Source: Candidatus Nomurabacteria bacterium (GTDB lineage: Bacteria > Patescibacteriota > Minisyncoccia > Phycocordibacterales > UBA918). From it: a stretch of DNA of 64,000 bases. Both the position numbers and the translations under genes were made by a program. Numbering within the stretch: the stretch's first letter is position 1; every line of letters begins with the position of its first letter. Shown in pieces: positions 39,378 to 49,586 of the stretch. The stretch is from the NCBI GenBank assembly GCA_020631995.1, contig JACKGJ010000001.1, positions 12,751-76,750 on the forward strand. The letters are read 5' to 3'. Under the pieces are notes generated by a model that saw nothing but the letters and a program-made list of their open reading frames with translations, searched no databases and was not told where the DNA came from.

Positions 39378-39566
39378 ATGAAGAATTCAAAGAATGGAGA
39401 AGATGGTATGTCTGCTCGATTGGTCGACACCATCACAACAGTTTTTCTCGCCTTATCTTCCTTCTTTTTGATTTACTCCCTCGACCTCTATGTCGCGGAA
39501 GTTATTGGCAAAAAGACGTCGCTCCTCCAGGAGCGCATCGACAGGGTTATTGCCAACAACAGGTGA
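39378..39566 (+). CDS. Small membrane protein, hypothetical
   Basis: 62 aa with one TM. Strong AAGGGAGG Shine-Dalgarno 7 nt upstream. Confidence 0.3.
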   Translation: MKNSKNGEDGMSARLVDTITTVFLALSSFFLIYSLDLYVAEVIGKKTSLLQERIDRVIANNR

Positions 39567-39579
39567 CCTTGTCGTCCGA

Positions 39580-40449
39580 CTATAATGCCGTCTCAGGAGT
39601 ACTTGAGGCGGCATTTATCTCTTCATCCTCCTCACCTTTTACTTCATTCACAAAAACCTTATCTCCAAATCGTAGATCAATATATTCAAAATTACCTGGC
39701 TCAATATGTGCAAACTCAGAAGCTCCGAGCAGGACTCGCAAATTTTCTAAAGTTACTTCTAATGGTTGGCGTAATGTAATTTTTATTTGACCACCACCGT
39801 AGAGTTCAAAGACAGCTTCATCGGCACCAATTTTTTCGATGGCGTATGTAACAAAATTCAGGTCCTGACGTACAGCTTTGGTGAAGCTGAGAGTGTCACG
39901 TATAAATTCATAAGTGAAAGGATTCTGTCCTTCTGTTGGTGTCTCTTGGTTGAAGTAACGTGGCATTGCATTGCCTCGCAGTGGTGGAGCAGGACTGAAA
40001 GCATAACCAGTGTCATCAAGGAAAATACATCCTTCCAAACTTCCTTGGTTCTGGCACCACAGTGCTACCGGATTGTATTCAACAAAATGAACCTCCACAG
40101 TTCTACTATCCGGTCGCGACAATCTAGCTTCTTTTACTTTTGGTACAGATTCTATTGCAGTAACAATTTGTTCTTCGGGATAGGTCCATGAAAATCGTTT
40201 TGGTACAACGCTATAATACTTTCCATCTAATTCCCTCTCGACCTGACTCCTAATTTCATTATGCTGAACTGTATCACCTCCCACCACATTCACCTTCATT
40301 ATCGTCAATGACTCAAGTCGAGAGCCATACCAAACGGCTCCAGCAACGGCGATAAAAACTAGAAAAAACAAGAAGCCAACAAAAAATTGCCTGGTTAAAG
40401 CGCCAGATGCGCGCCTTTTCCTTACCTTCACTCGTTTTCGTCCCAACAT
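39580..40449 (-). CDS. ftsQ: Cell division protein FtsQ/DivIB-like
   Basis: Basic N-terminus, single TM, POTRA-like and beta-domain layout. Confidence 0.55.
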   Translation of the reverse strand: MLGRKRVKVRKRRASGALTRQFFVGFLFFLVFIAVAGAVWYGSRLESLTIMKVNVVGGDTVQHNEIRSQVERELDGKYYSVVPKRFSWTYPEEQIVTAIESVPKVKEARLSRPDSRTVEVHFVEYNPVALWCQNQGSLEGCIFLDDTGYAFSPAPPLRGNAMPRYFNQETPTEGQNPFTYEFIRDTLSFTKAVRQDLNFVTYAIEKIGADEAVFELYGGGQIKITLRQPLEVTLENLRVLLGASEFAHIEPGNFEYIDLRFGDKVFVNEVKGEEDEEINAASSTPETAL

Positions 40450-40481
40450 CCTAAGATGTTAGCACAAAATGACTAGAGTGC

Positions 40482-41744
40482 TTATCCGATAATTTCTTTG
40501 CCTAAATACTTCTGCAGTGGTAGTGGGACCTTGATTGTGCCGTCTTTCTGTTGGAAGTTCTCTATAAGAGACACCAAGATGCGCGGAGTTGGAATGGCGG
40601 TACAATTTAAGGAGTGAGCGTAGCGCATCTTATCTTCCGCATCACGGTAGCGAATATTGAAACGACGTGTCTGGAAATCATGGAAGTATGAGGCAGAACT
40701 AATTTCACGATATTTCTCTTCACCTGGGACCCAGAGCTCAATGTCATATTTCTTCACCTGACCTTGTCCGATATCACCCCCGCAGTTAAGAACTGTACGG
40801 TATGGGATACCAAGCGATTCAATAAATTCCTCAGTATTACGGTTAATCCACTCATGCCACTTCACACTCTCTTCGTGAGAAGCTTCACATAGCATTACCT
40901 GCTCTACCTTAAAGAACTCGTGTACACGAATAAGTCCCTTCACATCCTTGCCGTGACTACCTGCTTCGCGACGGTAACATGGTGAGAAAGATAGATGTTT
41001 AATCGGAAGCTCAGACTGTTCCAAAATATCATCCGCGTAGTAGCCCATTGTGGAAACTTCACTGGTACCAATTAGATAATCGTCATCCTGAGTACGATAA
41101 ACATCTTCAGCTTCATTAGGAAGGTGTCCTGTGCCATAGAGATTTGCCTTGCGCACAATGGTCGGTGGCAACATCGGACTAAATCCTTTCTTGAGGAAAA
41201 ACTCTTGTGCATAGTTCCAAACTGCCCAAGAAAGTAGTGCGCCATCATTAATAAGATAGTAACCACGGAAGCCGTGCACTTTGGTGCCACGCTCGAAGTC
41301 CACCATCTTTAGCTTCTGCATTAAGTCGACGTGAGTCTGAGCAGTGAAATCAAACTTAGTCTTATCTCCCCAAGCTTTTACCTCCACGTTATCGGCATCA
41401 CTGTCACCATCTGGCACAGTCATATCAGGAACTTGTGGTACTTGGAGCATCAGTGCCTGCCATTCTTCCATTAGTGGTTTCAGGGCATCTTCGTCTTCCT
41501 GCATCTCAGCCTTAAGCTTCTGCATGTCCCCAATAAAAACATCGCGTGCACCCGGGTCCTTTTCAGCCACAATGCGCTTACCAGTCATATTCTGCTCAGC
41601 CTTTTTGGACTCGAGCCTAGACATTATCTCGCGACGAGAATCATCCACGACCATCAAGCGATCAAGATCTACCTTGATTTTCTTTTTAGTTGCGGCCATC
41701 TTCACGATGTCCAAGTTCTCCCTGATGAATTTAATGTCTAACAT
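40482..41744 (-). CDS. serS: Seryl-tRNA synthetase
   Basis: N-terminal coiled-coil arm and class II aaRS motifs (GLIRVHEFFKVE, GARIGG-like). Confidence 0.95.
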   Translation of the reverse strand: MLDIKFIRENLDIVKMAATKKKIKVDLDRLMVVDDSRREIMSRLESKKAEQNMTGKRIVAEKDPGARDVFIGDMQKLKAEMQEDEDALKPLMEEWQALMLQVPQVPDMTVPDGDSDADNVEVKAWGDKTKFDFTAQTHVDLMQKLKMVDFERGTKVHGFRGYYLINDGALLSWAVWNYAQEFFLKKGFSPMLPPTIVRKANLYGTGHLPNEAEDVYRTQDDDYLIGTSEVSTMGYYADDILEQSELPIKHLSFSPCYRREAGSHGKDVKGLIRVHEFFKVEQVMLCEASHEESVKWHEWINRNTEEFIESLGIPYRTVLNCGGDIGQGQVKKYDIELWVPGEEKYREISSASYFHDFQTRRFNIRYRDAEDKMRYAHSLNCTAIPTPRILVSLIENFQQKDGTIKVPLPLQKYLGKEIIG

Positions 41745-42097
41745 AATTTGGCCCTTGGCACTTAGTTAATGGATTGAATTATACAATATCCTGAAGTTTG
41801 ATTTTAGGCAAAAAAATATACCCTCAATGTGAAGGTATAAGTGACACTGGGCGGGTCGTGTTGGTTGGGCCGAGGACGATGACGGTCAGTCACCGTCTGT
41901 TTTGCGAGCCGCATTGTGGGCTCACTTGCACCACCTGGTGGATAGTCCTCTAAAAGCGCGGGACAAGACACCGGTGAGATGGTTATCAGTACGGCCAAAC
42001 CAAATACAAAGATCAAAATGAAAACAAGCATTTGGCTTCTCCTCCTATCCAGCATCATACTGATCTTATGTACAATGTCAATGCTATAATTTTCTCA

Positions 42098-42964
42098 ATG
42101 GAATTCCCTATCAAGGAATTATCTAAAGGAGAATTTCCCAAGCGGATGCTTGAGATTCCGTCACCCCCTATGCGACTGAATTATCGTGGCGAGTTACCTC
42201 CGAGTGATCTGAAGATGTTGGCGGTAGTGGGTTCGCGTAAGTACACCAATTATGGACGGCAGGTGGTGGAACATTTAATAGCAGGACTTCGTGGATACAA
42301 TATAGGGATAGTGTCGGGGCTTGCGCTCGGAATTGACTCACTCGCCCACGAAGCTGCCCTAACTAATAATATGTACACCCTGGCGATACCCGGTGGTGGA
42401 TTATCCGACTCGGTCATCTACCCTGCTCGCCACAAACCATTGGCTCGAAAAATACTGGAGAATGGTGGTGGAATGTTGTCGGAATACGAACCAGACTTTC
42501 GTGCGACTAATTGGTCATTCCCAGAAAGAAATCGTTTAGTAGTTGGAATCTCACACGCTGTTCTAGTGATAGAGGCGGGAGAAAAAAGCGGTTCACTGAT
42601 TACTGCCCGATTATGTGCCGATTACAATCGAGAACTGCTAGTGGTACCTGGTAACATTTTTTCTGACAACTCGAAAGGTGTGCATCAATTTTTAAAACTT
42701 GGAGCGACACCCGTCACTGAAGCCAGTGACATTTTAAATGCGCTAAATTTGAAAGTGCAAACTAATAGTCTGCCGGCGAAAGTGGCAGCTTTAAGCACCG
42801 AAGAAGTAAAAGTGTTGGATATCATTACTGAACCAACAGAACGTGACACTTTAATACGTAAACTTAATATACCCTCAAGTGAAGCGGGAATAATTTTGAT
42901 GCAAATGGAGATTAACGGACTAATTAAAGAGGATGGTGGGGTCTATTACCGTATTGATGCCTAG
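42098..42964 (+). CDS. dprA: DNA processing protein DprA (Smf)
   Basis: LAVVGSRKYTNYGRQVV...IVSGLALGIDSLAHEAAL, a Rossmann DprA core. Start trimmed. Confidence 0.85.
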   Translation: MEFPIKELSKGEFPKRMLEIPSPPMRLNYRGELPPSDLKMLAVVGSRKYTNYGRQVVEHLIAGLRGYNIGIVSGLALGIDSLAHEAALTNNMYTLAIPGGGLSDSVIYPARHKPLARKILENGGGMLSEYEPDFRATNWSFPERNRLVVGISHAVLVIEAGEKSGSLITARLCADYNRELLVVPGNIFSDNSKGVHQFLKLGATPVTEASDILNALNLKVQTNSLPAKVAALSTEEVKVLDIITEPTERDTLIRKLNIPSSEAGIILMQMEINGLIKEDGGVYYRIDA

Positions 42965-43033
42965 TAGCTTGTATCAAAAGCTTTCTGTGATTTACTAGTA
43001 TCAGCTAGTACTGTACTGAAAGGAGGTGCTGTT

Positions 43034-43522
43034 ATGAGTTTCTGGACAGTAGAACACATTGAGACTCTGAGGACGCTTTGGAAAACAGGTTACTCAGCTA
43101 CCCAGATTGAACACCACTTTAATCGGGAATGTTCCAGAAGTGCCGTCCTTGGCAAGTTGCGTCGTCTAGGACTAACAAGAAAAACTGAAAGGGTAAAGCT
43201 AGAGAGTTCAATTTACACAGCAGTTTCAACAAAGTCGGACTGTAGACACAAACACAGTAAACGTTCTTCAAAATCTCAATCATCTTCTGCAACCACCAAA
43301 GAACCTGAGGTAGAAGTTATTGATGAGAAGATTGTAGTACCAGTTTCCAAGAAAATACAAATTATGGAACTGAGTGAAAGAACGTGCAAGTGGCCAATCG
43401 GCGATCCTCTCGAGAGTAGCTTCTGTTATTGCGGGAACGATACAGCAAAACGGCCTTATTGCGGATATCACGCAAAGCTGGCATTTCAGCCAGAGTCTGG
43501 ACGAAGAAAACGGCAGGGGTAA
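43034..43522 (+). CDS. gcrA: GcrA-family cell-cycle regulator homolog
   Basis: N-terminal MSFWTVEHIETLRTLWKTGYSATQI and C-terminal ERTCKWPIGDP...FCYCGN...PYCGYHAKLAFQP. Good Shine-Dalgarno upstream. Confidence 0.75.
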   Translation: MSFWTVEHIETLRTLWKTGYSATQIEHHFNRECSRSAVLGKLRRLGLTRKTERVKLESSIYTAVSTKSDCRHKHSKRSSKSQSSSATTKEPEVEVIDEKIVVPVSKKIQIMELSERTCKWPIGDPLESSFCYCGNDTAKRPYCGYHAKLAFQPESGRRKRQG

Positions 43523-43652
43523 TGAGATGGAGGGAGGCACTCGTGCCTCCCTTTTATATGTCAGATCTACATACCTTTATACTTCCAATCTTAAAGCTGT
43601 GATTTGACAGAACATAGGCTAACTAGTATTTGTGTAGAGTCACATTATATAT

Positions 43653-46025
43653 ATGAGTACCCTAGTTATCGTTGAGTCGCCGTCAAAAGCCAAGACTATC
43701 GGCAAGTATCTTGGAAAAGGATATATTGTTAAGTCTTCAATTGGACACGTGCGCGACCTCCCAAAAACCAATAAAGATGCCGTCGATATCGAGGGTGGTT
43801 TTATTCCGCGCTATATCATCTCTCCAGGAAAAGAAAAAGTTATCGCAGATCTTAAGGACGCCGCTAAAAAAGCAGATGCCGTACTACTGGCATCCGACCC
43901 CGACCGTGAAGGAGAAGCTATTGCTTGGCACGTGGCTGAGCTTATTAAGGGTTCTAATAAGAATTTGAAGCGAATTGTTTTTCATGAAATTACCGAGGAA
44001 GCAGTTAAAGAAGCTATCGAACATCCTCGTCCTATTGATATCAACCTGAAAGAGGCTCAAGAAGCTCGTCGAGTACTCGATAGATTGGTTGGATATGACC
44101 TCTCTGGTCTCATTTGGAAGAAGGTTCGTTATGGTCTTTCTGCTGGTCGTGTACAGTCTCCAGCACTTCGTATATTAATGGAACGTGAGCGTGAGATACG
44201 CGCCTTCATACCAGAGCTATACTATGTACTAACAGCACCAACCAAGCTCGCCAAAAGTGGAGAAGTGCCGTTCATCTGTTTAGAGCAACCGAAAGATAAA
44301 GCAGAGGCGGAGAGAATTAAAAAAGCAGGTGAGGATAATAGTTGGGAGGTAAAAGATATAAAAGAAACAGAACAGAAACGTTCACCTCGTCCACCTTTTA
44401 CCACCTCCACTATCCAACAGACAGCCTCAACAAGGCTCGGCTTTTCTCCGTCTCGTACAATGCGTGCAGCGCAAAAACTCTATGAAGCAGGATTAATTAC
44501 CTATATGCGTACTGACTCTACCAATATGGGTGCGGCTGCACAAAAACAAATCATTGCGCTTCTCCATAGTGACTACGGTAAAGAGTATGTACAACCACGA
44601 AACTATAAGACTAAAAGTAAGTCGGCTCAGGAAGCTCACGAGGCCATCAGACCTACTAATGCTGGTGTTCGTTCTGCTGGCAATACTGCCGACGAGCGCG
44701 CACTATATGAATTAATTTGGGACCGAACAGTATCATCACAAATGGCTGATGCCCGTATTAAGCGAACTCGCATCACTACCAACTTAGTTGACTCAAAGAA
44801 AGCAATTCCCGACTTTGCTGTGAATGGTTCACGGGTACTTTTTGATGGTTGGCTTAAGGTAGACACTCGGGCGCGAGGTGAAGACACCGAAGTACCAATG
44901 CTTACCGTTGGAGAAAAGGTAGAAGTAGACAAGGTAGAAATAGAAGAGAAAGCTACTGAACCACCAAGTCGCTACAGTGAAGCCGGACTGATTAAAGAAC
45001 TTGAAAAACGTGGCATCGGACGCCCTTCTACTTATGCTTCGATTATGCAGACATTGAATGACCGTGGTTATGTAGAGAAGAAAGGTCGGACACTAATTCC
45101 TACCGACACCGGGGATGTAGTTTCATCATTTCTTGAAGCCCACTTCCCTACTTACATTTCTGATACTTTCACTAGCGATATGGAAGATGAGCTCGACGAG
45201 ATAGCGGAAGGAAAGCGGACCTACAAAAAAACCCTCAGTGATTTCTACACACCCTTCTCACGTGACTTAGCAGCGAAAGAAGATATCGAAAAGCAGACAA
45301 ATCTTGGTGAAGCTCCATCTGAATTTCCTTGCCCAATCTGTGGCAAACCGATGGTAATCAAGCTTGGTAAGAGTGGAAAATTTTTATCTTGTGAAAATTT
45401 TCCAGAGTGTACCGGATCACGACTTATTGATGGTTCAGAAGTGAAGGATGAAGAACCAATCGGTACCCATCCAGAAACCGGAGAAAATATTTACGTACTA
45501 AACGGAAAGTTTGGTCCATACGTTCAGCTCGGCGAGATGCCAGAACCTATTAAGGGAAAGAAAAAGTCTGAACAGCCAAAGCCAAAGCGTGCTTCTCTGC
45601 CAAAAGATAAAAAAGCTGAAGACGTTACGCTTGAAGACGCCGTACACTACCTAGTCCTACCTCGAGAACTTGGTAAGCATCCTGATACCGGTGAAGCTGT
45701 TATCGCCAATATCGGACAGTTCGGTCCATATATTGGACACGTGAAGGACTTTCGTTCACTAAAACCTAAAGACGGTGATGACCCATACACCATCACTCTA
45801 GAGCGTGCATTGGAAATATTTTCAAAACCAAAACAAGGAAGAAAGGGGGAGAAAGTATTGAAGGAATTAGGTCCGCACCCTAAGACTAAAAAGCCACTTG
45901 TCGTTTATGAGTCCAAGTCTGGACGTTATCTACGCCGTGGATTCAAACGAATTATGTTGCCAAACGATGTAGATGTGGAAAAGATGACAGTCGAGGACGC
46001 TCTAATGTATATGAAGGCTGGTTAG
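43653..46025 (+). CDS. topA: DNA topoisomerase I
   Basis: TOPRIM LVIVESPSKAKTIGKYLG, catalytic Tyr region, C-terminal CPICG...C zinc ribbon. Confidence 0.95.
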   Translation: MSTLVIVESPSKAKTIGKYLGKGYIVKSSIGHVRDLPKTNKDAVDIEGGFIPRYIISPGKEKVIADLKDAAKKADAVLLASDPDREGEAIAWHVAELIKGSNKNLKRIVFHEITEEAVKEAIEHPRPIDINLKEAQEARRVLDRLVGYDLSGLIWKKVRYGLSAGRVQSPALRILMEREREIRAFIPELYYVLTAPTKLAKSGEVPFICLEQPKDKAEAERIKKAGEDNSWEVKDIKETEQKRSPRPPFTTSTIQQTASTRLGFSPSRTMRAAQKLYEAGLITYMRTDSTNMGAAAQKQIIALLHSDYGKEYVQPRNYKTKSKSAQEAHEAIRPTNAGVRSAGNTADERALYELIWDRTVSSQMADARIKRTRITTNLVDSKKAIPDFAVNGSRVLFDGWLKVDTRARGEDTEVPMLTVGEKVEVDKVEIEEKATEPPSRYSEAGLIKELEKRGIGRPSTYASIMQTLNDRGYVEKKGRTLIPTDTGDVVSSFLEAHFPTYISDTFTSDMEDELDEIAEGKRTYKKTLSDFYTPFSRDLAAKEDIEKQTNLGEAPSEFPCPICGKPMVIKLGKSGKFLSCENFPECTGSRLIDGSEVKDEEPIGTHPETGENIYVLNGKFGPYVQLGEMPEPIKGKKKSEQPKPKRASLPKDKKAEDVTLEDAVHYLVLPRELGKHPDTGEAVIANIGQFGPYIGHVKDFRSLKPKDGDDPYTITLERALEIFSKPKQGRKGEKVLKELGPHPKTKKPLVVYESKSGRYLRRGFKRIMLPNDVDVEKMTVEDALMYMKAG

Positions 46026-46115
46026 GGGTTTATACTTATACGTCCACATTTTTATCGCATCAACATTCGTACTCGGACTACTGAAAAAAAGTGGCTGTAG
46101 AGGTATACTTAAAAA

Positions 46116-47657
46116 ATGACTACGGCCAAAGACATCATTGCGTATCTTAATAACCCTACCGAGGCTGATAGGGCGCTAATCGAAAAGGCATATAGTACCG
46201 CCGAAAAAGCCCATAAGGGGCACACTCGCTATTCAGGTGAACCTTATATGATTCACGTGGCAGCTGTGGCTCTACGCTTGTCTGAAATGGGAATGGGGCC
46301 ACGCACTATAGCGGCCGCACTTCTTCATGACACCATTGAAGACACTGATGTAACGGCCGAAGATATTAAGCGTGAGTTTGGTGAGGAAATACTTTTTCTA
46401 GTGGAAGGTGTAACCAAGCTCTCATCGGTGCGCTACTACGGTAGTGACCGTCACAACGAAAGTCTACGAAAGCTCTTTGTGGCTACCAGTCAGGATATTC
46501 GAGTGCTTCTCATTAAGCTCGTTGATCGTTTGCACAATATGATGACGCTGGAACATGTTCCAAAGGAAAAGCGTCTGCGCATCGCTCGGGAGACCTTAGA
46601 GATATATGTACCAGTCGCCCATCGGCTTGGAATGGGTCGCGACCGTAAGGAGCTTGAAGATTTGGCTTTTCCGTATGTCTATCCCGAAGAATATAAAAAG
46701 GTAAAAGAGCTACTGAAGAAAAAAATTGGTAAGTACGAAGAGCGTCTAGAGCGTGAGCGCAAAGCGCTCCAGAAGCGTCTGGCAGAAGCTGGAATACGTG
46801 ACTTTAGCACTAGCTACCGAGTCAAAGGTTTATATAGTTTGTTTCAAAAACTAAAGCGTAAGGAATGGGATATTGATCAAGTTTATGACCTATTGGCACT
46901 ACGTGTAGTGGTACCCAATATGGAGGACTGCTACAAGGTACTAGGGCTTATACACGATATCTGGCGCCCATTACCTAATCGTGTAAAAGACTATATTGCG
47001 TTCCCTAAGCCAAACGGTTACAAGTCCATACACACCACAGTAGCGACCGGCAGTGGTGATATTTTGGAAATTCAGATTCGCACCAACAAAATGCATCACG
47101 AAGCTGAATACGGTATCGCTTCTCATATCATATACAAAGACGAAACCACTGGTCAGACAATGAACCGGTCAGAGACTTGGTTTGCACACCTGATTCCCTC
47201 TCTTTTCAGACCTTTTGCTTGGAAAGATACTAAGAAAAAAATTGAAGGTGTGACGAAGGACAAACCACACCGAGACAAGATTCCACTTTGGATAAACCAA
47301 ATCGGAGAAATGTATGCGGAAACTGATTCTTCTGGTGCAGAATTTGTGGAGGATATGCAGAAGGACTTCTTCAAACATCGTATCTTCGTGTTCACACCAA
47401 ATGGTGACGTGGTTGACCTGCCCCTGGGGGCTTCTCCAATTGATTTCGCCTACGCTATTCACTCAGAGGTTGGAAACCATATATCGGGAGTAAAAGTGAA
47501 CAGCAAACTTGTGTCTCTCGATACCGAACTCAGAAATGGAGACATCGTAGAGGTTGAGACTAAAAAGTCCGCTAAACCTACACGTAAGTGGATAGATATT
47601 GCTCACACCACTATGGCCAAGCGTCATATTCGTAATGCGCTAGAGAAGGAGAAATAA
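46116..47657 (+). CDS. rel: Short RelA/SpoT-homolog (p)ppGpp synthetase/hydrolase (HD-Synth-TGS)
   Basis: HD motif (HDTIEDT), synthetase domain, C-terminal TGS-like segment. No ACT/RRM tail. Confidence 0.85.
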   Translation: MTTAKDIIAYLNNPTEADRALIEKAYSTAEKAHKGHTRYSGEPYMIHVAAVALRLSEMGMGPRTIAAALLHDTIEDTDVTAEDIKREFGEEILFLVEGVTKLSSVRYYGSDRHNESLRKLFVATSQDIRVLLIKLVDRLHNMMTLEHVPKEKRLRIARETLEIYVPVAHRLGMGRDRKELEDLAFPYVYPEEYKKVKELLKKKIGKYEERLERERKALQKRLAEAGIRDFSTSYRVKGLYSLFQKLKRKEWDIDQVYDLLALRVVVPNMEDCYKVLGLIHDIWRPLPNRVKDYIAFPKPNGYKSIHTTVATGSGDILEIQIRTNKMHHEAEYGIASHIIYKDETTGQTMNRSETWFAHLIPSLFRPFAWKDTKKKIEGVTKDKPHRDKIPLWINQIGEMYAETDSSGAEFVEDMQKDFFKHRIFVFTPNGDVVDLPLGASPIDFAYAIHSEVGNHISGVKVNSKLVSLDTELRNGDIVEVETKKSAKPTRKWIDIAHTTMAKRHIRNALEKEK

Positions 47658-47810
47658 CAAAATCCATTTTTAACTGAGGATTTTAAACGACAGAAACTGG
47701 ATGCAGGTGTGCAGGTTTAGGATATTTTGTGCGGAAGCCTTAGCTAGACCTAAGGTGACCAAACAAAATAGCCTAAACCTGTGCAGATGCGCCAGTTTCT
47801 TTCGTTTAGA

Positions 47811-49100
47811 TTAGATGTTGAAGTTCTTGAGGGAATAGATATTACTATCATCCTTCTCCGCTCGCGTCTGATCAAACTTATGGAGCAATGCTTTAGAGCT
47901 TTCTTCTACAACATCTTCATTAGGTTTAAAGGTCTCTGTTGGAGGAGTAACAAAATTGTCAGGAGTTGGAGGAGTTACAAGCTCATCTACTGCCGGTTCG
48001 GTAACTAAATTGTCTACCGCTGGTTCAGTTACAAGATTATCTACCGCAGGCTCAGTAACCAAATCATCCACAGCAGGAGGAGTAACGAGAGTGTCGATTG
48101 CTGGCAAGGAGGTGTTTGGGGTCTCTGTCCACTCTTCTTCCATATTCGCAGCCTCTTCAAGTGGAGTATTTTCCTCTAGTTTACCCATCACCTCATTGGC
48201 CTCAGATGCTTCTTCCTGCAAAGTTTCATTGACCACATCAACAGCGTTCATTCCTTCGTCGGAAATAGATTTTCCATCGCGATTGGTCAACTGGAAAATC
48301 TTATCTAAGTCAGTTGGGTCAAAGTAGTCAATACTCAAAGTGCCACCAAAGTCAGTCTTCTTTATCTGTACACGAGTACCAAGAGTTTCAGTCAATTTGC
48401 GTTCAAGCTCAATGAGGCCAGGGTCACTATCCTGCCATGACCGCTTACGTACTCTGTCGGTCGCAATCTTTCGAGAAATTCGTTCACTCTCGCGTACTGA
48501 AATTTTCTTTAAGAGAATCTCACGATAAAGCACATCCTGTTCTTCCGGTCGGTCCACCAACATCAAAAGCGCTCGGGAGTGACCTTCACTCATCTCACCT
48601 CGACGCAGAGACGACAACATATACTCTGGCAAGGCTAAGATACGCAAGGTGTTTGAAACATACTCACGACTGCGACCCATCTTAGCTGCCACTTGAGCGT
48701 GAGTGAGATGAAACACTTCGGTTAGTTGTTGGAAAGCCAAGGCTCTGTCAACCGCGTTAAGGTCCTCACGTTGCAGGTTTTCAATAATCGCAAGCTCAAG
48801 TTTTTCTTGCTCAGTCTGTTCACCTTGGCGGATGATAACTGGAACTTGAGACAGACCGGCGAGTTTAGAGGCGCGCAAACGACGTTCTCCAGCAATCAGT
48901 TCGTACTCACTGAAGAAAGTTCCGTCGTCTCGTGTCCGCTCACGTCTCGTTACGGTAAGTGGTTGGAGTACTCCATACATCCGAATAGACTCAGCCAATT
49001 CCTTTAGTTTTTGCTCATCAAATTCGCGCCGTGGCTGATACGGATTTGGTACTACTTTATCGAGTTCTACCCAGAATATTGAATCGCCTTGGAAAGACAT
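47811..49100 (-). CDS. parB: ParB/Spo0J partition protein with repeat-containing C-terminal extension
   Basis: ParB box GERRLRASKLAGL and an HTH. Acidic/proline C-terminal region with LVTEPAVDN repeats. Confidence 0.8.
   Translation of the reverse strand: MSFQGDSIFWVELDKVVPNPYQPRREFDEQKLKELAESIRMYGVLQPLTVTRRERTRDDGTFFSEYELIAGERRLRASKLAGLSQVPVIIRQGEQTEQEKLELAIIENLQREDLNAVDRALAFQQLTEVFHLTHAQVAAKMGRSREYVSNTLRILALPEYMLSSLRRGEMSEGHSRALLMLVDRPEEQDVLYREILLKKISVRESERISRKIATDRVRKRSWQDSDPGLIELERKLTETLGTRVQIKKTDFGGTLSIDYFDPTDLDKIFQLTNRDGKSISDEGMNAVDVVNETLQEEASEANEVMGKLEENTPLEEAANMEEEWTETPNTSLPAIDTLVTPPAVDDLVTEPAVDNLVTEPAVDNLVTEPAVDELVTPPTPDNFVTPPTETFKPNEDVVEESSKALLHKFDQTRAEKDDSNIYSLKNFNI
47941..48102. 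repeat. Six imperfect 27-bp tandem repeats inside parB
   Basis: ggaggagtaacaaaattgtcaggagtt / ggaggagttacaagctcatctactgcc / ggttcggtaactaaattgtctaccgct / ..., encoding (L)VTEPAVDN units on the minus strand. Confidence 0.7.
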
Positions 49101-49220
49101 AATGAAGAAAAAAGCAGAAAGTTAAAAGTCAAAAATTACACCACAAGCACAGCACAAAACCGACACCTCCACACGCCAGTGATTTAAGAGCATTGTAACA
49201 TAAGAGAAAATAGCGCTGTT

Positions 49221-49246
49221 TATAAACACTGAAAAGTCTGGTATAT
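49221..49246 (+). promoter_or_regulatory. Putative tRNA-Leu promoter
   Basis: TTATAA, about 17 nt spacer, TATATT, ending about 15 nt before the tRNA 5' end. Confidence 0.25.
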
Positions 49247-49261
49247 TGCTTGCTATCGCTT

Positions 49262-49344
49262 GCCGCGGTGGCGGAATGGTAGACGCAATGGATTCAAAAC
49301 CCATCGACCTAACGGTTGTGAGAGTTCAAGTCTCTCCCGCGGCA
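49262..49344 (+). tRNA. tRNA-Leu (anticodon CAA), type II
   Basis: Acceptor GCCGCGG/CCGCGGC, D-arm GCGGAATGGTAGACGC, anticodon loop TTCAAAA, long variable arm, T-loop TTCAAGT. Confidence 0.8.
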
Positions 49345-49356
49345 CTATAGAAAATC

Positions 49357-49380
49357 TTGGCCCGCTTTTGCGGGCTTTTG
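49357..49380 (+). terminator. Intrinsic terminator after tRNA-Leu
   Basis: ggcccgc-tttt-gcgggc followed by TTTTG. Confidence 0.55.
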
Positions 49381-49408
49381 ACTTTCATAGTGCCGCGGGA
49401 GCAAGCAA

Positions 49409-49440
49409 ACAATTTTGCTTGCGTAGAGACTTGAAAAGCG
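49409..49440. repeat. Small hairpin repeat element, copy 1
   Basis: agcaagcaaa-caat-tttgcttgcg followed by tagagacttg. Near-identical to the copy at 51497-51529. Confidence 0.5.
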
Positions 49441-49586
49441 GAACGATGTTTTTATTTCTTTTCCTAAAAATAAAAACGAGTGAGCTACGTCCAGCGTTCT
49501 TATGAGCGTAAGAGAATTAGAAAAAGCGGGACAAGTCTCTCCTCTCCTAGGCTGATTTAATAGTCACTTTCTGATATAGTCCGACT

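Noticed and set aside
41804-42058. 84-aa ORF upstream of serS
   Set aside because: Pro/Arg-rich, overlaps the dprA start region, no Shine-Dalgarno. Probably spurious; at most a tiny membrane peptide.
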